Shown: positions 43,917-55,219 of the stretch, piece after piece
Layout: every line of letters begins with the position of its first letter
Numbering within the stretch: the first letter of the stretch is position 1
Assembly (NCBI GenBank): GCA_963666925.2
Contig: CAXXTC010000007.1
Location: 64,001 to 128,000 of the forward strand
Origin: Phycisphaerae bacterium
GTDB lineage: Bacteria > Planctomycetota > Phycisphaerae > UBA1845 > Fen-1342
Reading direction: 5' to 3'
DNA length: 64,000 nucleotides
The notes under the pieces: model-generated
What the model was told of the DNA's origin: nothing
Seen by the model: the letters and a program-made list of their open reading frames with translations, nothing else
The model's database searches: none
Translations under genes and position numbers: made by a program

Positions 43917-44152
43917 ATGGAGTGGCCAGATTTCGGCTCAATAACCGCGCGCAACATCATGTTGCCAAGCGCCACACAGACACTATAACTTGTGTCTGGG
44001 CCCGGGGGGTAAAAAACTGAAAAAATCCACCCGTGATCGCGCCCGGCCAACCCGGCCAAAACCGCACGCAAATGTATATAACCTGTTGTAATCCTGTGGA
44101 TTAGGAGCGTGTGCGGGGCGTTTTGCCACCCGGGGAGGGTTCGGTCAAAAAG

Positions 44153-45349
44153 TTACGCGCCACCCTGGTAACTGGTGCCCCGCCAACTCGTTTTTCGACC
44201 CAGGCAGCGGGTCAGAGCATTGAGCGTAATACCCAAACAAACGCCGGCCCCAAGCGGATAACTCAGCGCCCACGGAGCCGCCCGCCCGCAGAGCGGATAA
44301 AACCGCCACAGCACCGACTGCTGGGCCACGATCGTAGCTCCGCTGGCCAGGGCCAATCCCAGGCCGGCCGACCCGGCCAGCGGCGCCAGCACCAGCGTCA
44401 GATAGGGCGAGACGCTGAAAACGGACAGGAAAATCGCGCTGGCCAGGAGCCGGGGAATCGTGCCAAAGCACCCGTAGAAAATTCGGCTCCACCCGCGCCA
44501 GATCTGCCGCAGCCCGACATACATCCGCACGCTGTACCAGCCGGCTCCGCGCAGCACCCGCAGCCGCAACCCCACCTGCTTGGCCTGCCGGGCGAAATGC
44601 ATGTCCTCGTTCAGAGCTGTCCGATGCTGCTCGTGCCCGCCGATCTGCTCATAGGCTGACCGGCTCATCAGCATGAACGCGCCGTTGGCGTAGGCCCGCG
44701 GCGACTGCGGATCGTTCACTTTTTGCGGCGGAAACCAGAAAACCATGATGGCGCCCGCCGGCGGCTGCACGACCCGTTCCCAGAACGTATGTGCCTCCAG
44801 CTCGGGCAGCACCGAGAGAAAATCAACTCGCTCGCGTTGGGCGTAGCCGACGGCCGCCCGGAGCAATTCGCGGGCGTGATAGCGGCAATCCGCATCGGTG
44901 AAACAGAGCAAATCGCCGCGCGCCTGCTGCCCGCCCAGGTGCATGGCGTGATTTTTGCCCGCCCAGCCGGCCGGCAGCTTCTCGACATGAATCACCCGCA
45001 GACGCTCATCCCGGCCGGCGATCTCATCCATGATCGCCCCGGTTCGATCGTCGCTACGGTCGTTGACCGCGATGATTTCCAGGTTGGGATAATCCTGCTT
45101 GAGCAGCCCCTCCAGGCAGTCGGCGATGTTCGCCTCTTCTTCCTTGCCCGCCACCAGCACGGTCAGCGTCGGCAGTGGGGGGGCTTCGGCCATTTCGGCC
45201 GCGTCGTCCGACGACAGCACCGGGTCAGCGTCGGCAGCATTGAGCTGGAGGTGTCGCCGCAGCCACACCAGGCCGATCAGCAGCGTAAACCAGAACCACA
45301 CCGCCAGACCCGAAAAATGCAGGGTAAATTCAAAGCAATGAGCGATCAC
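44153..45349 (-). CDS. Family 2 glycosyltransferase, membrane-bound (start uncertain)
   Basis: NDRSDDRT, GWAGKNHA, FTDAD, NED and RMY...WRGW motifs. Confidence 0.88.
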   Translation of the reverse strand: MIAHCFEFTLHFSGLAVWFWFTLLIGLVWLRRHLQLNAADADPVLSSDDAAEMAEAPPLPTLTVLVAGKEEEANIADCLEGLLKQDYPNLEIIAVNDRSDDRTGAIMDEIAGRDERLRVIHVEKLPAGWAGKNHAMHLGGQQARGDLLCFTDADCRYHARELLRAAVGYAQRERVDFLSVLPELEAHTFWERVVQPPAGAIMVFWFPPQKVNDPQSPRAYANGAFMLMSRSAYEQIGGHEQHRTALNEDMHFARQAKQVGLRLRVLRGAGWYSVRMYVGLRQIWRGWSRIFYGCFGTIPRLLASAIFLSVFSVSPYLTLVLAPLAGSAGLGLALASGATIVAQQSVLWRFYPLCGRAAPWALSYPLGAGVCLGITLNALTRCLGRKTSWRGTSYQGGA

Positions 45350-45432
45350 GCGTAGCTCCCGTGAAATCCTGGTTGAGCAGCGTAGCGAAACGGAGACAAT
45401 GTCGCCAACGTCCCCAATGCGAGGTTGTGTGA

Positions 45433-46836
45433 ATGGACCCCCGACGACTGAAAATACTGTACGTGTTTGCCGGACTGCTTCTGACCAGCTCGGCCGCTGC
45501 CCAGCAGAGCCAGCCGGCCGACGGTGGCCTGACGCTTCAGCCATATGCCGATCCGGCCTTCGGATTCGAACTGCAAGTCCCCGCCGGCTGGCAATATGAC
45601 CGCTCACGCTTTCAGCAGTTCAAAGACTCCATCGGACTGTTACGCGGCATTGGCCCCGGCGACCGCCAGGCGCTCCAGATACTCGTGTTCCGCAGTTTCC
45701 CCATGCGGCCCTTCGAAGACTGGCTGGTTGATTTTGGCAAAGCCCTGTCAGAGCTGGTCCTGGCCGAACGCATCGATTGGGAAACCTGGCGTCTGCCGCC
45801 ACGCGCCGGCGCGATCTTCAGCTACACATCGCGTCTCGGTGGGGGGGCTACACAGAGTCACTGCCTCTGTCTGCCGTTCGATCCGAACACCGTCTGGGTG
45901 CTGATCTACCAGCGGGCCGCGCGCGGTACCGCCGACTGTGCTCAGGTGCGGGCCGAGTTTGGTCAGATCATCAACACGCTGCATGTGCTCTACGACCCCG
46001 CGCAGGCCGAGCAACTGGCGCCCGCGTTCGAGCGCGGCACCGAGCTGCTCCAGCGTCTGCGCGACCAGGCCGACCAGGTCCAGCTCGACGACGCCGAGTA
46101 TTACTACGAGCTGCTGCTTGATCACAAGCCGGTCGGATTTATGACCCGTCGAATCTGGCGCGATGAGTACGTCTTCAGCAGTCCGGAGGCCAACCGCCGG
46201 TTTGCGAAAGACGGCGTACGTATGCAGGAGCGCTCGTGGCGGTTCGGCGACGACGGCACTGCCCGCTACTCGCACCTGGACGCGTTTAGCAGCTTCGACT
46301 TGCGCAGCGAGGTGGTCGAGTATCAGCAGGTGCACATACCGGCCCCCGATGTTCCCGACGCGCAGCCGCTGATCAAGACCGACCAGGTTATTCGCGAGGA
46401 CGAGGTGCTCGTTTCGAGTTTCACGACCAGCCTCGACAAGGGCCTGCCCAATCCGCGCAAGCCGATCGAGGTCGGGCCGGTGTATCTCGATCTGGCCTGG
46501 GTCCGGCTGTTGCCCGGGCTGTTGCTGAGTGGTAACGACGAGCCGCGCGCTTTTGCGATTTACAACACGGAGACGCGCAGCCTGGTACAGCATCTGATCA
46601 CGCCGCAGGGTGAGAAGAAGCTGCCGGAGGGGGGCGAGTCGGCCTACGTATTCGCGGTACGCGAGGGGTTCATGCGTGATCCGGCATATTACTACACCGA
46701 TCGGCGGGGCAACCTGTTGCGTCTGGAAGCGGGCGATCTGATCGTGCGCCGGCTGAGCGCGGCCGACGTGGAACGCCGCTACGGCCCCCGGCGCGACGCC
46801 GCCAAGAAGCGTTATCATCGACTATGGTCGCCGTAG
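45433..46836 (+). CDS. Secreted hypothetical protein
   Basis: Signal peptide followed by a long ORF. Confidence 0.65.
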   Translation: MDPRRLKILYVFAGLLLTSSAAAQQSQPADGGLTLQPYADPAFGFELQVPAGWQYDRSRFQQFKDSIGLLRGIGPGDRQALQILVFRSFPMRPFEDWLVDFGKALSELVLAERIDWETWRLPPRAGAIFSYTSRLGGGATQSHCLCLPFDPNTVWVLIYQRAARGTADCAQVRAEFGQIINTLHVLYDPAQAEQLAPAFERGTELLQRLRDQADQVQLDDAEYYYELLLDHKPVGFMTRRIWRDEYVFSSPEANRRFAKDGVRMQERSWRFGDDGTARYSHLDAFSSFDLRSEVVEYQQVHIPAPDVPDAQPLIKTDQVIREDEVLVSSFTTSLDKGLPNPRKPIEVGPVYLDLAWVRLLPGLLLSGNDEPRAFAIYNTETRSLVQHLITPQGEKKLPEGGESAYVFAVREGFMRDPAYYYTDRRGNLLRLEAGDLIVRRLSAADVERRYGPRRDAAKKRYHRLWSP

Positions 46837-47124
46837 CACTCTTTGGCAACGACGGCCCCGCTGGCAGAATACCTAAGATCCGCACAGTTCGACCAGCGCA
46901 GACAACGGCAGTCTTGCAGCTTGGTGAACACCCCGGTACGCCGGTCACGCGTGCGACCCCATTCCCATCGACGGTCACGCTGACCGCCCGCCCCACGCCG
47001 TGTGCCACGGCCGGGACCACGTTCGGCTCCTGGCGCCATCATCCGGGGCGCGCCGGCCCTCTTTGTTCTTGCAGAACCTGGCGCCCCCTGGGTACACTGC
47101 AATGGGCTGGAAAGGAGTGGGGCC

Positions 47125-49056
47125 ATGAGCCAGCGGTCTATGACGTTAGCTTGTGCATTTGCCGCAGCAGCCTCTATGGCCACCGTAATGTCGGCACGCG
47201 GCGGAGACGTAATCAGTCAACTGACTGACCCCGTGCAGGCCGAGTGCGAGGGATTCGTTGACATAATCAACGCCTGGATCGAGCAGGAGGGTGGGCTGCT
47301 GACGTTTGTCATCGAGACCCGTGAGTCAATCCCCAGTTCGATTCCGTACGTTAACGAGCAGATTACGTTCCTCTGGCTCGTTGATGCCGACAACGACCCC
47401 GACACCGGCCAGCCACATGAGCAACTCGGCACTGAGTTCAACGTCCGCGTGTGCATCAGCGAGTTGTTTGGCGGCGGCTTGGTGGACGTCACCGGCGAGC
47501 TGCCCGGCGGTGGGTGCGGAACCGTGCTGATCGAAGACAACCGCGTGCAGATCGCCATCGGCCTCTCGCAGATAGCGTACCCGTCCCAGTTCCATTGGGG
47601 TTGCGACGCGTTCCACGCGATCGATGACGTCGCCGTATCGGCCAACCATGAGACCGACGTCGCCATTGCGGAGACATTGCCGTACACCCCACCGGCCCGC
47701 GTCAGAGTTATCACACCGCTGCTGATGCTGTGTCCCGCGGGGCCGGCCACAGGGCAGTTGGAGGTTGAGATTCTCGACAGCGCTGGTAACACCCTCCCGA
47801 CCGGCGACTATCACCTGGCATTTCAAAGCTCCAACGAAGCCGTCGCGACCGTGGACGCCACCGGCGCGGTGACGGCGCACGCCGTCCCCGTCCTGCTCGA
47901 GGACACGCCGTACGTGGAGGTCCGGGCCGACGGTCTGGCGGCTGATAACTTCGCCGTCATTCGAGTCACGGAGACCGATCTGGGCATCGCGCATCAGACC
48001 TTCGGCGGCGCCAGCGTCGCGTTTTATCTCCCCCCCATAATCGAGGGCGTCGACCTCGATCAGCTCACCGCGGATTACCAGATCGTGGAGGCGACCGATC
48101 TGGCCTACGCCGCCCAGCTGGAGTTGATGGACCAAGCCCCGTCTCAAGGTGGCACTCAGTATTTCGTGCTCGATGTAACCGACGATCCTGCGACGGTTCC
48201 GTGCGGCCTCAGCGGAAACCCCGTCCGGCTGGGCTGGCATTACGACGTGCCCGTGCACAATTCATGCTTCATTATCAACGATCCGGACCACCGTGTGCCG
48301 CAATGGGCCGTTTATTTCCATGAGATGGGTCACGACTTCACGTTGCACTCGTGGGGTTTCGTACAGTTCTGCACGGCGTCGGACACGCACGGCTGGAAGT
48401 ACACCGAGGCATTTGCGTCCATGGCTGGCGCGTGGTCCTGGTATCGCCTGACGCGCTGTCCGTCGGAGGTTGGCCCCGCGAACGTCGCCAGTATTGCTGA
48501 GCACTTCCCGAATATTGACCCGGCGGGGCGATTGGCGTTGCTCGACTATCAGGCTACCGGCGCCAACTACGCCGACATCACGGTTGGGGTCATTTGCGAC
48601 ATCCTTTGGGACATGTATGACGACTACACGGCCCAGGTATGGTATGACGTGTTCAGCACGTTTGTCCCGGCGGACGAACCGCTGCCCTGCATATTGGACA
48701 CTGACGCCAAACAGGCCACCTGGCTCGTCGCCGCCATCAGCGCCTCCGTTGGCACTGACCTGCGCGCACGTTTCGGCGCCGAGTACGGATTCCCGATCGA
48801 CAATGAGGCTTGGCCGGAATTGCTCGCCGCGGTCCAATCGCGGATCGGCGCGCGGCCGTGGCAGGGCCCCTGGCCGGCTGACTTCGACTGCGACTGGGAT
48901 GTGGATTTCTACGATTTCATCCCGCTGTGCGACTGCCTCACGGTTCCGGACGCCGGTCTCTTGCAACCCGTTTGTGAGTGTGCTGACTTTGATCGCGACG
49001 TCGATGTTGATCTGGTCGACGTGTTGGCGTTCCAGGCCGCGTTCACTGGCTCTTAG
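47125..49056 (+). CDS. Secreted putative zinc metallopeptidase with Ig-like and dockerin-like domains
   Basis: HEMGH plus downstream E; SSNEAVATVDATGAVTA Ig-like motif; tail ADFDCDWDVD...ADFDRDVDVDLVD; AAGGAG SD. Confidence 0.72.
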   Translation: MSQRSMTLACAFAAAASMATVMSARGGDVISQLTDPVQAECEGFVDIINAWIEQEGGLLTFVIETRESIPSSIPYVNEQITFLWLVDADNDPDTGQPHEQLGTEFNVRVCISELFGGGLVDVTGELPGGGCGTVLIEDNRVQIAIGLSQIAYPSQFHWGCDAFHAIDDVAVSANHETDVAIAETLPYTPPARVRVITPLLMLCPAGPATGQLEVEILDSAGNTLPTGDYHLAFQSSNEAVATVDATGAVTAHAVPVLLEDTPYVEVRADGLAADNFAVIRVTETDLGIAHQTFGGASVAFYLPPIIEGVDLDQLTADYQIVEATDLAYAAQLELMDQAPSQGGTQYFVLDVTDDPATVPCGLSGNPVRLGWHYDVPVHNSCFIINDPDHRVPQWAVYFHEMGHDFTLHSWGFVQFCTASDTHGWKYTEAFASMAGAWSWYRLTRCPSEVGPANVASIAEHFPNIDPAGRLALLDYQATGANYADITVGVICDILWDMYDDYTAQVWYDVFSTFVPADEPLPCILDTDAKQATWLVAAISASVGTDLRARFGAEYGFPIDNEAWPELLAAVQSRIGARPWQGPWPADFDCDWDVDFYDFIPLCDCLTVPDAGLLQPVCECADFDRDVDVDLVDVLAFQAAFTGS

Positions 49057-49369
49057 GTTTGGCTACTAACGGCAGCGCCGGTCTGTTGGGGTTGCAAGGC
49101 GCCGCGCTTCGTCATACCCCACCCGCGGGTCGCGTTGATATTCGCATGTCAGAAGAGGGCGTTTCGACGCTGTGCGGGTCCTTGCGTATTGAGAACCAGA
49201 GGCCCCGGCAGTATACTAGACAATGAGTAGGCACGAATCGCTACGAGCGCCCGGATGGTTTTGTTTTCTGGCTTTGCCAGGTCGGTTCTCGGCCGGTCGC
49301 GTTCCCTTCGCGGGGGAGGGTGTGCACCTGCCCCCGGGGGGGCCGACACAACCCTGTGAGGATTTTCTT

Positions 49370-51778
49370 ATGACCGCAACACGTTGTGCCAAGGTGATGA
49401 TGATTGGTGTCCTGCTGGCGTCGGCGTCGCTTACGCTGGCCGACCCGCCCAGTTCATTTGACCTCCGCGACTACAGCGGCCAGAACTTCGTCACCTCGGT
49501 TAAAAATCAATCCGGCGGAACCTGCTGGACGCACGGCGCCATGGCTGCCATCGAGGGCAACCTTCTCATGACCGGTAACTGGGTCGCGGCCGGCGAGAGC
49601 GGCGAACCCAATCTCGCCGAGTATCACCTCGATTGGTGGAACGGTTTTAACCAGCACAACAACGACGACATCAATCCTCCGTCGGGCAGCGGGCTAGAGG
49701 TCCACCAGGGCGGCGACTATCGCGTCACCTCCGCCTACCTGACTCGCGGCGAGGGTGCCGTGCGCGACGAAGACGGACAATCCTATAGCTCCGCGCCCGC
49801 CCGGTCCGACCCGAGCTACCACTACTACTACCCACGCGATATCGAGTGGTACATCGCAGCTGAGGACTTGAGCAACATCAACCTGATCAAAGAAAAGATC
49901 ATGACTGTTGGTGTCATGGGCACCTGCATGTGCTATGACTCGGCCTTCATCACCGGGGCACGCCACTACCAGCCCGCCAGCAGCACCATGCTGCCCAACC
50001 ACGCCATTGCGATCATAGGCTGGGACGACGACAAGGACATGGATGACGCCGGCACGGTTGATCCGCCCGGGCCAGGTGCCTGGCTGTGCAAGAACAGTTG
50101 GGGGACCAGCTGGGGCGAGAGCGGCTTCTTCTGGATCTCCTACTACGACAAGTGGTGTTGCCAGGAGCCCGAGATGGGCGCTGTCTCGATGCAGAACGTC
50201 GAGTTGATGCCCTACGACAACGTCTACTACCACGACTACCACGGCTGGCGCGACACTTTTACCGCCTCCGAGGCGTTCAACGCGTTTGTCGCTGAGAGTG
50301 ACGAGGGCCTCACCGCGGTGAGCTTCTTCACCGCCTCAGACAACGTCACGTATACCGTGCGAATTTACGACCGCTTCGAAGGCGGCGAACTGCTCGACGA
50401 GCTGTCGAGCGCGACCGGTACGATTGCCTACACCGGCTTCCACACCATCGACCTTGGCACGGGCGTCACCCTGACCGCGGGCGACGATTTCTACGTCTAC
50501 CTCGAGCTTTCCGACGGCGGCCAGCCGTTTGACCGCACTTCGGACGTGCCCGTTTTGCTGGGTGCCCACTACCGCACGATTGTCGAGTCGTCCGCCAGTG
50601 CCGGCGAGAGCTACTATCGCGAAGGCGGCGTCTGGCACGACCTGTACGACTATTCGTTCGGCAATTCGAGCTGGGATCAGACCGCCAACTTCTGCATCAA
50701 GGCGCTGACCGGCGAGCTGCCCGGGCTGCGCGTCTCACCCGACGATGGCTACTACGCCGCTGGTGCGGAGGGCGGACCGTTCACCCCCACCAGCAGTACC
50801 TATGACATCGAGAACACCAGTGACGACTCGATCGACTACGTGATCTCCTGTGACCCGCCGGTATCCTGGCTCACGTTGGCCGGCGACACGTCGGGCACGC
50901 TCAACTCGCAGGCCACCGGCCAGGTCTCGGTGTCGCTTAATGCCGAAGCCGAAACTTTGCCTGCCGGCGCCTATGTCACCACGCTCAAGTTCGTGAACAC
51001 AACCAACCACATTGGCGACGCCGAACGCAGCGTCGTTCTGGCCATCGGGTCACCGGTCGTGCAGTTCGAGTGGAATATGGATGCTGATCCCGGCTGGACG
51101 TGCGAAGGTAACTGGGCCTGGGGCGAGCCGACAGGCGGCGGCGGTGAGTACGGCGAATCCGACCCCGACAGCGGGTACACCGGAACGAACGTGTACGGCT
51201 ACAACCTGAGCGGCGACTACTCCAATTCCATGTCTGAGACCCACCTGACCAGCCTCCCGCTCGATTGCAGCGATCTGTTCGCCGTCGAGATCGACTTCTG
51301 GCGCTGGTTGGGTGTCGAGCAGCCCAGCTACGATCACGCCTACGTGCGCGTCAGCAATGACGGCACCAACTGGACCACCCTCTGGGAGAACACCACCGAG
51401 ATCACGGACACCTCCTGGCAACCCATGTCGCTGGATATTTCGGCCGTCGCCGCCGGCCAGCCGACCGTCTACCTCCGCTGGACGATGGGCCCGACGGATT
51501 CCGGCTGGCGCTATTGCGGCTGGAACATCGACGATATCCAGGTGCTCGCGATCGCCGCGGTCGAGCAGTTCTCCCCAGGCGATTCAAACTGCGATGCGGC
51601 CGTGAATTTCGACGACATCGACTACTTCGTCGCTGCCCTGATCGACGAGCAAGGCTGGATCGACATGCACGGCGGTAGCCCGACTTGCGGCTACATCAAC
51701 GTCAACGACATGAACGCCGACACGTTCGTCAACTTCGACGACATCGACGGCTTCGTGGCGGCCCTGGTCGGCTCCTGA
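49370..51778 (+). CDS. Secreted papain-like (C1A) cysteine protease with accessory beta domains and dockerin-like tail
   Basis: VKNQSGGTCW, NHAIAIIGW and KNSWG catalytic motifs. Confidence 0.9.
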   Translation: MTATRCAKVMMIGVLLASASLTLADPPSSFDLRDYSGQNFVTSVKNQSGGTCWTHGAMAAIEGNLLMTGNWVAAGESGEPNLAEYHLDWWNGFNQHNNDDINPPSGSGLEVHQGGDYRVTSAYLTRGEGAVRDEDGQSYSSAPARSDPSYHYYYPRDIEWYIAAEDLSNINLIKEKIMTVGVMGTCMCYDSAFITGARHYQPASSTMLPNHAIAIIGWDDDKDMDDAGTVDPPGPGAWLCKNSWGTSWGESGFFWISYYDKWCCQEPEMGAVSMQNVELMPYDNVYYHDYHGWRDTFTASEAFNAFVAESDEGLTAVSFFTASDNVTYTVRIYDRFEGGELLDELSSATGTIAYTGFHTIDLGTGVTLTAGDDFYVYLELSDGGQPFDRTSDVPVLLGAHYRTIVESSASAGESYYREGGVWHDLYDYSFGNSSWDQTANFCIKALTGELPGLRVSPDDGYYAAGAEGGPFTPTSSTYDIENTSDDSIDYVISCDPPVSWLTLAGDTSGTLNSQATGQVSVSLNAEAETLPAGAYVTTLKFVNTTNHIGDAERSVVLAIGSPVVQFEWNMDADPGWTCEGNWAWGEPTGGGGEYGESDPDSGYTGTNVYGYNLSGDYSNSMSETHLTSLPLDCSDLFAVEIDFWRWLGVEQPSYDHAYVRVSNDGTNWTTLWENTTEITDTSWQPMSLDISAVAAGQPTVYLRWTMGPTDSGWRYCGWNIDDIQVLAIAAVEQFSPGDSNCDAAVNFDDIDYFVAALIDEQGWIDMHGGSPTCGYINVNDMNADTFVNFDDIDGFVAALVGS

Positions 51779-52095
51779 GCCGCCATTGACGATTAATCGG
51801 CACACCGGCAGGCAGCGCGCCGCGATCTACCAACGCGGCGCCGCTGCCGCCGACCGAAACTCTTTCCCCGCCGAGTTATAGGACTACCAAGCACCCGCCC
51901 GTTTTCCACATATACGCTTCACGCCCTCTATCGGACCTCAGTTCTTCTGGTATTGATGCCTGCGCCGCGATAAGCTCGAAGTCAACGGGCTCGGGGTGTG
52001 CCGGAAGGGCCCCCGTCGCCCCTGCGGAGAACCGATCGCTCCGCTTCGCTGGGATGTCGAACTCACCGGGATCTTTGCCACAGGAGGCTTGTGCT

Positions 52096-54054
52096 GTGTC
52101 CACACTGAAGCTGTTTCGTCAAACGTGCCTGTTCAGTTTGCTGGTGTTGTTGGCATCTGCTGGAGTGAGCGGCGCCTGGGCCTCCGTGCCCGGACAGGCG
52201 GCCGCCATGCAGGTCAGTGAATCCAGCTACTACGATTTCATGGATAATTGGCTCTACACCCATCAGGGCGACAACCGCGGCCCGAGCGGCCCCGACCTGG
52301 TCCCCTGTCGTGAAAACATCGTATATCTCATGCAGTCCTACGGGCTCGACGTCACCATCGAGCCGTTCACCTACTCCAGCGGAACCTATCACAACGTCGT
52401 CGGCACATTGTGGGGCACCGTCGATCCCGACATCGAGTACGTCATCGGCGCCCACTACGATTCTGTCAGCAATCCGGGCGCCGACGATAACGCCAGCGGC
52501 GTCGCCCTCGTCCTCGAATGTGCCCGCATCCTCAGCCAGTATGAATCAGATTACACCATCCGCTTCGTCGCGTTCTCGATGGAGGAGGTTGGCCTCGTCG
52601 GCAGCAGCGCCTATGTCTCTGCCCACGCCGGCGACGATATCCGCGGCATGATCTCTGCCGACATGGTCGCCTACGACACCGGCACCAATATCGCCCGCAT
52701 CTACGGTCGCGACACCTCCGCCACAATCAAGAACGCCCTCGGGGCCGCCATCGACGAATACAGCGATGGACTGACCTGGACTGACAGCGGCCGGCTCGAC
52801 GCCAGCGATCACGCCCCCTTCGAGTCCGCCGGCTACCAGGCCTGTCTCCTGATCGAGGGACTGGTCTGGAGCAACCCGTACTACCACAGTTCCGGCGATT
52901 ACATGGAGCAGCCCAACTACCTCGATTTCACCTTCGCCACCCGCATGACACGCAGCGTCGCCGGCTGGCTCGTCGACCAGGCCGGCGTGCTCGTCGATGC
53001 CGACTACCTGACCTTCGACTATCCCGACGACTTGCCCGAGCTCGTCAGCCCTGCCGGCGGAACGGCCATCCGTGTCGACGTCATTCCCATGGGCGACGCG
53101 ATCGTGCAGGCCGGCTCGGCCACACTGCACGTCGACATCGGCAGCGGCTGGGAAACCTACGCCCTTACCGACCTCGGATCCAATCAGTACGAGGCCGTCA
53201 TCCCCGCCGCCCCCTGCGGCGATTCCGTGCTGTTCTACTTCTCCGCTGAGGATATCGACAGCAACGTCTTCACCGATCCGATCAACGCTCCCGGCACCTA
53301 TCACACCGCCCTGGCAGCCTATGGCGAAGATGTGTTCTACAGCGAGACGCTCGATTCCAGCCCGGGTTGGTTCACCGAAGGGCTCTGGTCTTTCGGACAG
53401 CCCGCCGGCAGCGGCGGCGATTCCCACGGCAACCCCGATCCCGACAGCGGATACACCGGAGATTACGTCTACGGCTACAACCTCGCCGGCGACTACGAAA
53501 ACGGCCTCGATGAACTCCATCTGACCAGTACCGCGATCGACTGCACAGGAAAATTCGGCGTCAAGTTGAACTTCTGGCGCTGGCTGAATGTCGAACAGCC
53601 CTCCTACGACCACGCCTACGTCCGCGTCTCCAACGACGGCAACACCTGGACGACCGTTTGGGAAAACAGCAGCGAAGTTGCAGACGCTGATTGGACCGAG
53701 CAGACGCTCGATATCTCCGCCGTAGCCGACGATCAACCCGCCGTCTACCTCCGCTGGACCATGGGTGAAACCGACGGTTCCTGGCAATATTCCGGCTGGA
53801 ACATCGACGACGTCAGCCTCAGCGCGTTCGTTTGCACCGCCCCCTACGTCCCCGGCGATTCAAACTGCGACGCGGCTGTAAACTTCGACGACATCGACTG
53901 CTTCGTCGCGGCCATCGTCGACGAGCAATCGTGGCTCGATCTCCACGGCGGCAGCGCTGCCTGCGGCTACCTCGACGTCAACGACCTCAACGGCGACACC
54001 TACGTGAACTTCGACGACATTGACGGCTTCATCGCGGCAATAGTTGGCGGCTGA
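52096..54054 (+). CDS. Secreted M28 metallopeptidase with jelly-roll module and dockerin-like tail
   Basis: GAHYDS, GADDNASG, EEVGLVGS, SDHAPF and YYH motifs; AGGAGG SD. Confidence 0.9.
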   Translation: MSTLKLFRQTCLFSLLVLLASAGVSGAWASVPGQAAAMQVSESSYYDFMDNWLYTHQGDNRGPSGPDLVPCRENIVYLMQSYGLDVTIEPFTYSSGTYHNVVGTLWGTVDPDIEYVIGAHYDSVSNPGADDNASGVALVLECARILSQYESDYTIRFVAFSMEEVGLVGSSAYVSAHAGDDIRGMISADMVAYDTGTNIARIYGRDTSATIKNALGAAIDEYSDGLTWTDSGRLDASDHAPFESAGYQACLLIEGLVWSNPYYHSSGDYMEQPNYLDFTFATRMTRSVAGWLVDQAGVLVDADYLTFDYPDDLPELVSPAGGTAIRVDVIPMGDAIVQAGSATLHVDIGSGWETYALTDLGSNQYEAVIPAAPCGDSVLFYFSAEDIDSNVFTDPINAPGTYHTALAAYGEDVFYSETLDSSPGWFTEGLWSFGQPAGSGGDSHGNPDPDSGYTGDYVYGYNLAGDYENGLDELHLTSTAIDCTGKFGVKLNFWRWLNVEQPSYDHAYVRVSNDGNTWTTVWENSSEVADADWTEQTLDISAVADDQPAVYLRWTMGETDGSWQYSGWNIDDVSLSAFVCTAPYVPGDSNCDAAVNFDDIDCFVAAIVDEQSWLDLHGGSAACGYLDVNDLNGDTYVNFDDIDGFIAAIVGG

Positions 54055-54082
54055 CACAATCTCTCCTGCCGTCGGCCCCACT

Positions 54083-54148
54083 GTGGCACCGGTTTTCAAC
54101 CGGTGTGTCGAAGAGGCCGCCCCTTGCGCCACTGGTTATCAACCGGTG
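54083..54148 (+). repeat. REP family B copies
   Basis: GTGGCACCGGTTTTCAACCGGTG (54083-54105) and degenerate GCGCCACTGGTTATCAACCGGTG (54126-54148). Confidence 0.7.
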
Positions 54149-54332
54149 ATCGCTACTGGAACAGGTTCCAGGCGAATATATATAACGGGCGCGCTGCGGC
54201 TTGTCAGCTCAGCAGCACGCCCGTTTTATTCGTCAGCTCTCCACCTCCGCCGAGCTTCAATCAACGCGTCGTCCGGCCATGCCGGCGACGATCAGAGCAC
54301 GGTAGGGGGGGAGTCGCGTCGGCTGGGCTGGT

Positions 54333-54638
54333 TTACCAGCGACCGCGCCGGCCGCCACCGCCACCACCGCCACCACCGGGGCCGCCGGCGGGACGCGGAC
54401 GGGCTTCGTTTACCTTCAGCGCACGGCCGCCAAAGTCCTGTCCGTCCAGCGCCGAGATTGCCGCCTGAGCCTCTTCGTCCGAACCCATTTCGACAAAGCC
54501 GAAGCCTTTGCTACGACCGGTCGCCCGATCGCTGATCACGTTGGCACTGTCAACGGTGCCGTGACTGGCAAAGAGCTGTTCCAGCTCACTGCTCGTGGTG
54601 TCGTAGCTCAAGTTTCCAACATACAGTTTGCGACCCAT
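54333..54638 (-). CDS. RRM RNA-binding protein with Gly-rich tail
   Basis: KLYVGNL (RNP2), KGFGFVEM (RNP1) and VNEARPR. Confidence 0.95.
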   Translation of the reverse strand: MGRKLYVGNLSYDTTSSELEQLFASHGTVDSANVISDRATGRSKGFGFVEMGSDEEAQAAISALDGQDFGGRALKVNEARPRPAGGPGGGGGGGGGRRGRW

Positions 54639-55219
54639 CTTGAGTCTCCTATGCGCCCGTCGCCCGCGTTTCCGAACCTCGCTGCCGTGTCTTCAATCCA
54701 CCGGGATTCAATGGCCATTGGCCGTTGTGCACCCGTGTTCCCGAGCCGGTTGCCTGGCGGCGCTCCGGACCGATCGCGGATCGTCTCCCATCGAGGAGAA
54801 TTCGACACTCAGTCAGTGATGCTGGCGAGGGATGAAACTGGATCTTTGGGCTCTCTAAGTTACTGCGGCTCCTGCCGCCAAATGCCTCTAGGACCACTGC
54901 AATCCGCACCCGCCGAACGGGCGCGCTACAGCTCAGGCTGAAATCGAAGCCTCCAATGACCAGTCCGTTTCGGGAGAGAGCACTTGCACTTGCAAGCGAT
55001 TCTGCGAGAAGGGAAAGGATCGAAGAACTCTAACATTCCACACTATCGTATACGCAATTTGCCACGCTGGCAATCACTACCAGGCCCGATTGGGGCGGAA
55101 CCGGGCGCAGCTCATGTGCCTCCGACCGCCAGGGGCCCCCCGGAAACGCAATAGCCCCTATACCCGGGCCGCCCGCAACCCGGGCGGCGTTCTCGTTCAC
55201 GGCCCGCTCCAGGACGCTG

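Noticed and set aside
44060..44100. dif site (AAATGTATATAAC)
   Set aside because: Resembles only the dif centre; no XerD arm (TTATGTTAAAT).
54345..54385. CCA/CCG trinucleotide repeat
   Set aside because: It simply encodes the Gly-rich tail of the RRM protein.
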